Shown here piece after piece: positions 62,043 through 64,000 of a DNA stretch of 64,000 nt. The DNA is from an uncultured Rhizobiaceae bacterium. GTDB lineage: Bacteria > Pseudomonadota > Alphaproteobacteria > SMXQ01. The position numbers and the translations under genes are program-made. The stretch covers positions 490 to 64,489 of the forward strand of contig CAZOBN010000003.1 in NCBI GenBank assembly GCA_964577835.1, in the 5' to 3' direction. Below the pieces are notes generated by a model, which saw only the letters and a program-made list of their open reading frames with translations, had not been told where the DNA came from and did not search any database. How positions within the stretch are numbered: the stretch's first letter is position 1; the number at the start of each line of letters is the position of its first letter.

Positions 62043-62072
62043 CGCCCGGCACCGTGTGCCGGGCGTCTTTTT
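62043..62072 (+). terminator. Intrinsic terminator
   Basis: CGCCCGGCA-ccgtg-TGCCGGGCG followed by TCTTTTT. Confidence 0.75.
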
Positions 62073-62119
62073 ATGCCCTTTGACCGTCGACCGTCCCGCC
62101 CCCTCCGCCGGCGCGGCGG

Positions 62120-63586
62120 TCACGATCCGAGGCTCGGACGATGGCGGATCGCCGCCATCGCGAAATCCAGCAAACGGAGAACCGACGCGCGCCCGGCGAC
62201 CGCCAGCGCCGCCCCGTAGATCACGGCGCCGAGCGGCACCAGCATGGCGAGGCGGGTCATCGCCGAGGCGTGCTGCAGCCAATGATGGTCGATCAGCGCC
62301 AGCGTGGCGCCCATGACGATCGTCGCACCCAGGGGCACCCAACCGATCTTGACGATGAGCCATGGCGAACAGTTGAGCAGGCGGCAAACCAAGAGATGCA
62401 GAATGGGGCCGCCGATCGCGATGCGGCTGGCCCATAGCGCCGTCGCCTCGAACACGTCGTCCGGACGGAGCAGGAAGAACGCCGCAAAGACGAAGAAAAA
62501 ATTGACCAGGCTGGCGGCGAACACAAGACCGGGACGACCGAGCGCCGTCAGGGTTGTCGGGCCGAACAGAAACAGGAATTGCAGCATGGCGCCGATCGCC
62601 AGCATGGTGACGAGGGGCGCGGCCGGAAGCCAGGTCTCTCCCAGCAGCACAGCGATGATCGGCAACGCGCAAACCGCCAGGCCGCCGAACAGCGGCTGTG
62701 TCGCGAGCGCGGAGAATTCCGTCGCCTGCTTATAGGCGCGCACCAGGGATGCTCTGTCTTCCTGGCGACGCGAGAAGATCGGCAACGCCAGATTGTGCGC
62801 CCCGCCGGCGAGCAGGTCGAATAGCGTATCGACGACGCGCTGGGCGATATTGAGATAGCCGACCGCCGTTACCCCGAGGTAGTTGCCAACCAGCAGCGTG
62901 AACATCCGCCCGCTACCGGTCCAGACGAGCCGCGTACCGACGGAGAGCGCGCCGAACGAGAACAGCTCGCCCAGGCGCGCTGGCGAAAACGACAATGCCG
63001 GGCGCCACGGGCAGGCTGGCCAGACCAGCAGCGTGCTGACGAAAACCTGGATCAGATGCTGCGCCACGAGGCTCCACACGCCGTAGTGCGACGCCGCCAT
63101 GGCGACGGCGACCAGCGCGCCGCACAGGCGGCCGCACAGCGATCGCAGCGCGAGCGGCCGAAAGCGAACCTCCCGCCGCAAAACGGCGATCGGCACGCAA
63201 CCGGCGCCGCTCATCGCGAGGCTGAGGCCGATGATCGGGAGTAGTGCCGCGACCTGCTCGCTCTCGAAGATCTCGCCGATCGGCTTGGCGGCGAACCAGC
63301 AGGCCGCGCTCAACCCGAGGCCCAGCACGAGGCAGACCCAGAACGCGGAGTGCAGATGGCTCGGCGTCAGCTTCGGCCGCTGGATGATGGCATCATGCAG
63401 CAGCATCTCCACCACCATCGCGAGGATTTGGACGATCCCCAGCGCGATGGCGAAAGCGCCCAGCTCGCCGGGCCCCGCCAAGCGGGCCACCACGAGCAAG
63501 ACCGCCAAGGATAAGACGGATAGGCCACCACTTTCGATCAATGCCCAGATCAGAGAGCGACCCGGATGGTCTTTAGGCGCCGGCAT
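62120..63586 (-). CDS. Polysaccharide biosynthesis flippase (MOP/Wzx-type)
   Basis: Start at MPAPKDHPGRSLIWALIESGG (ATG 63586). About 12-14 TM segments throughout. Confidence 0.7.
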   Translation of the reverse strand: MPAPKDHPGRSLIWALIESGGLSVLSLAVLLVVARLAGPGELGAFAIALGIVQILAMVVEMLLHDAIIQRPKLTPSHLHSAFWVCLVLGLGLSAACWFAAKPIGEIFESEQVAALLPIIGLSLAMSGAGCVPIAVLRREVRFRPLALRSLCGRLCGALVAVAMAASHYGVWSLVAQHLIQVFVSTLLVWPACPWRPALSFSPARLGELFSFGALSVGTRLVWTGSGRMFTLLVGNYLGVTAVGYLNIAQRVVDTLFDLLAGGAHNLALPIFSRRQEDRASLVRAYKQATEFSALATQPLFGGLAVCALPIIAVLLGETWLPAAPLVTMLAIGAMLQFLFLFGPTTLTALGRPGLVFAASLVNFFFVFAAFFLLRPDDVFEATALWASRIAIGGPILHLLVCRLLNCSPWLIVKIGWVPLGATIVMGATLALIDHHWLQHASAMTRLAMLVPLGAVIYGAALAVAGRASVLRLLDFAMAAIRHRPSLGS

Positions 63587-63826
63587 CAAGGAACCCCCAC
63601 ATAACCGTTCCCCCACGGATTTCGTGAGAACCCCGACGCCAAACGTTGTCCACTGTGATTGGGTTCCAATCGCTCCGCCGTGCCGCGCGCCGAATGGACC
63701 CAATCCCCATCTCGGCCGTTATGCGGGTGAAGGGATGATGCGAGGCCGGTTTCACGGCCGCAATCGCAGGGCCCCCTCTTTTCCGAATTAACGTTTGGCC
63801 TTATGGCATTGGCTGCGATTGGTTGC

Positions 63827-64000
63827 ATGGTAGGAAATTCCTTATCCCTCATCGTCTGCACCCGGAACCGGGCGCATAGTCTCTCTCGGTGTCTTGCAGC
63901 CATAGCCGCGATCGAGCCCCCCGAATCCCACGACTTCGAGTTCATTCTGGTCGACAACGGATCGACCGACGACACGCCGGCCGTGTTCGAGCGCTGGCGC
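63827..64000 (+). CDS. Family-2 glycosyltransferase, N-terminal fragment (runs off window)
   Basis: MVGNSLSLIVCTRNRAHSLSRCLAAIAAI...FEFILVDNGSTDDT. An alternative in-frame ATG lies at 63803. Confidence 0.7.
   Translation, partial: MVGNSLSLIVCTRNRAHSLSRCLAAIAAIEPPESHDFEFILVDNGSTDDTPAVFERWR

Overview
High-G+C chromosomal segment, probably from an alphaproteobacterium. The Rhizobiales/Bradyrhizobiaceae-like assignment rests only on the repeat families and the abundance of Bug-type binding proteins, so it is inference. About 70 protein genes are tightly packed.

**1-11 kb.** One long minus-strand operon encodes a fused ABC permease, four tandem paralogous solute-binding proteins, a Rieske oxygenase, an M24/creatinase-like hydrolase, three VOC (glyoxalase/extradiol) proteins and a VOC-Rieske fusion, with a LysR gene upstream.

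**12-31 kb.** Further catabolic modules:
- a DapA-like / gentisate-dioxygenase-like / heme-oxygenase-like / Bug / dehydrogenase operon, divergent from IclR + bicupin + Bug
- an amidohydrolase
- a FerA/FerB-type hydroxycinnamoyl-CoA module with an acyl-CoA dehydrogenase and a third Bug protein

**31-48 kb.** Mixed housekeeping and accessory genes: a split nitrile-hydratase-beta-like pair, TetR, BtuF-like, DMT, Qor, CaiB, NhaA, SemiSWEET, CBS, a receiver domain, LpxR, cyclophilin, GapR, DUF488 and ChrA.

**48.2-49.8 kb.** A visibly low-G+C hipBA toxin-antitoxin islet with three phased palindromic operators. Next to it lies a ~430-nt promoter-to-terminator unit with no ORF and dense secondary structure, which I could not assign to a known RNA family. 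This is the most intriguing signal in the window.

**50.5-64 kb.** The PA2779/PA2778 pair, DUF4394, a polysaccharide deacetylase, RhlE, a CDF transporter, DUF805, DUF72, ArsC, CdnL, a csp-infA tandem, and the start of a PEP-CTERM / flippase / GT2 polysaccharide locus.

**Small mobile DNA.** Three copies of a 105-bp CTAG-bounded double-hairpin MITE are present, and one of them splits a tRNA-Lys(UUU) gene. There is also a second CTAG-bounded MITE and a palindromic REP-like element.

No CRISPR array, rRNA, integrase, transposase or recognisable phage-defence genes were seen. All family calls come from reading the translations by eye; no database search was possible.
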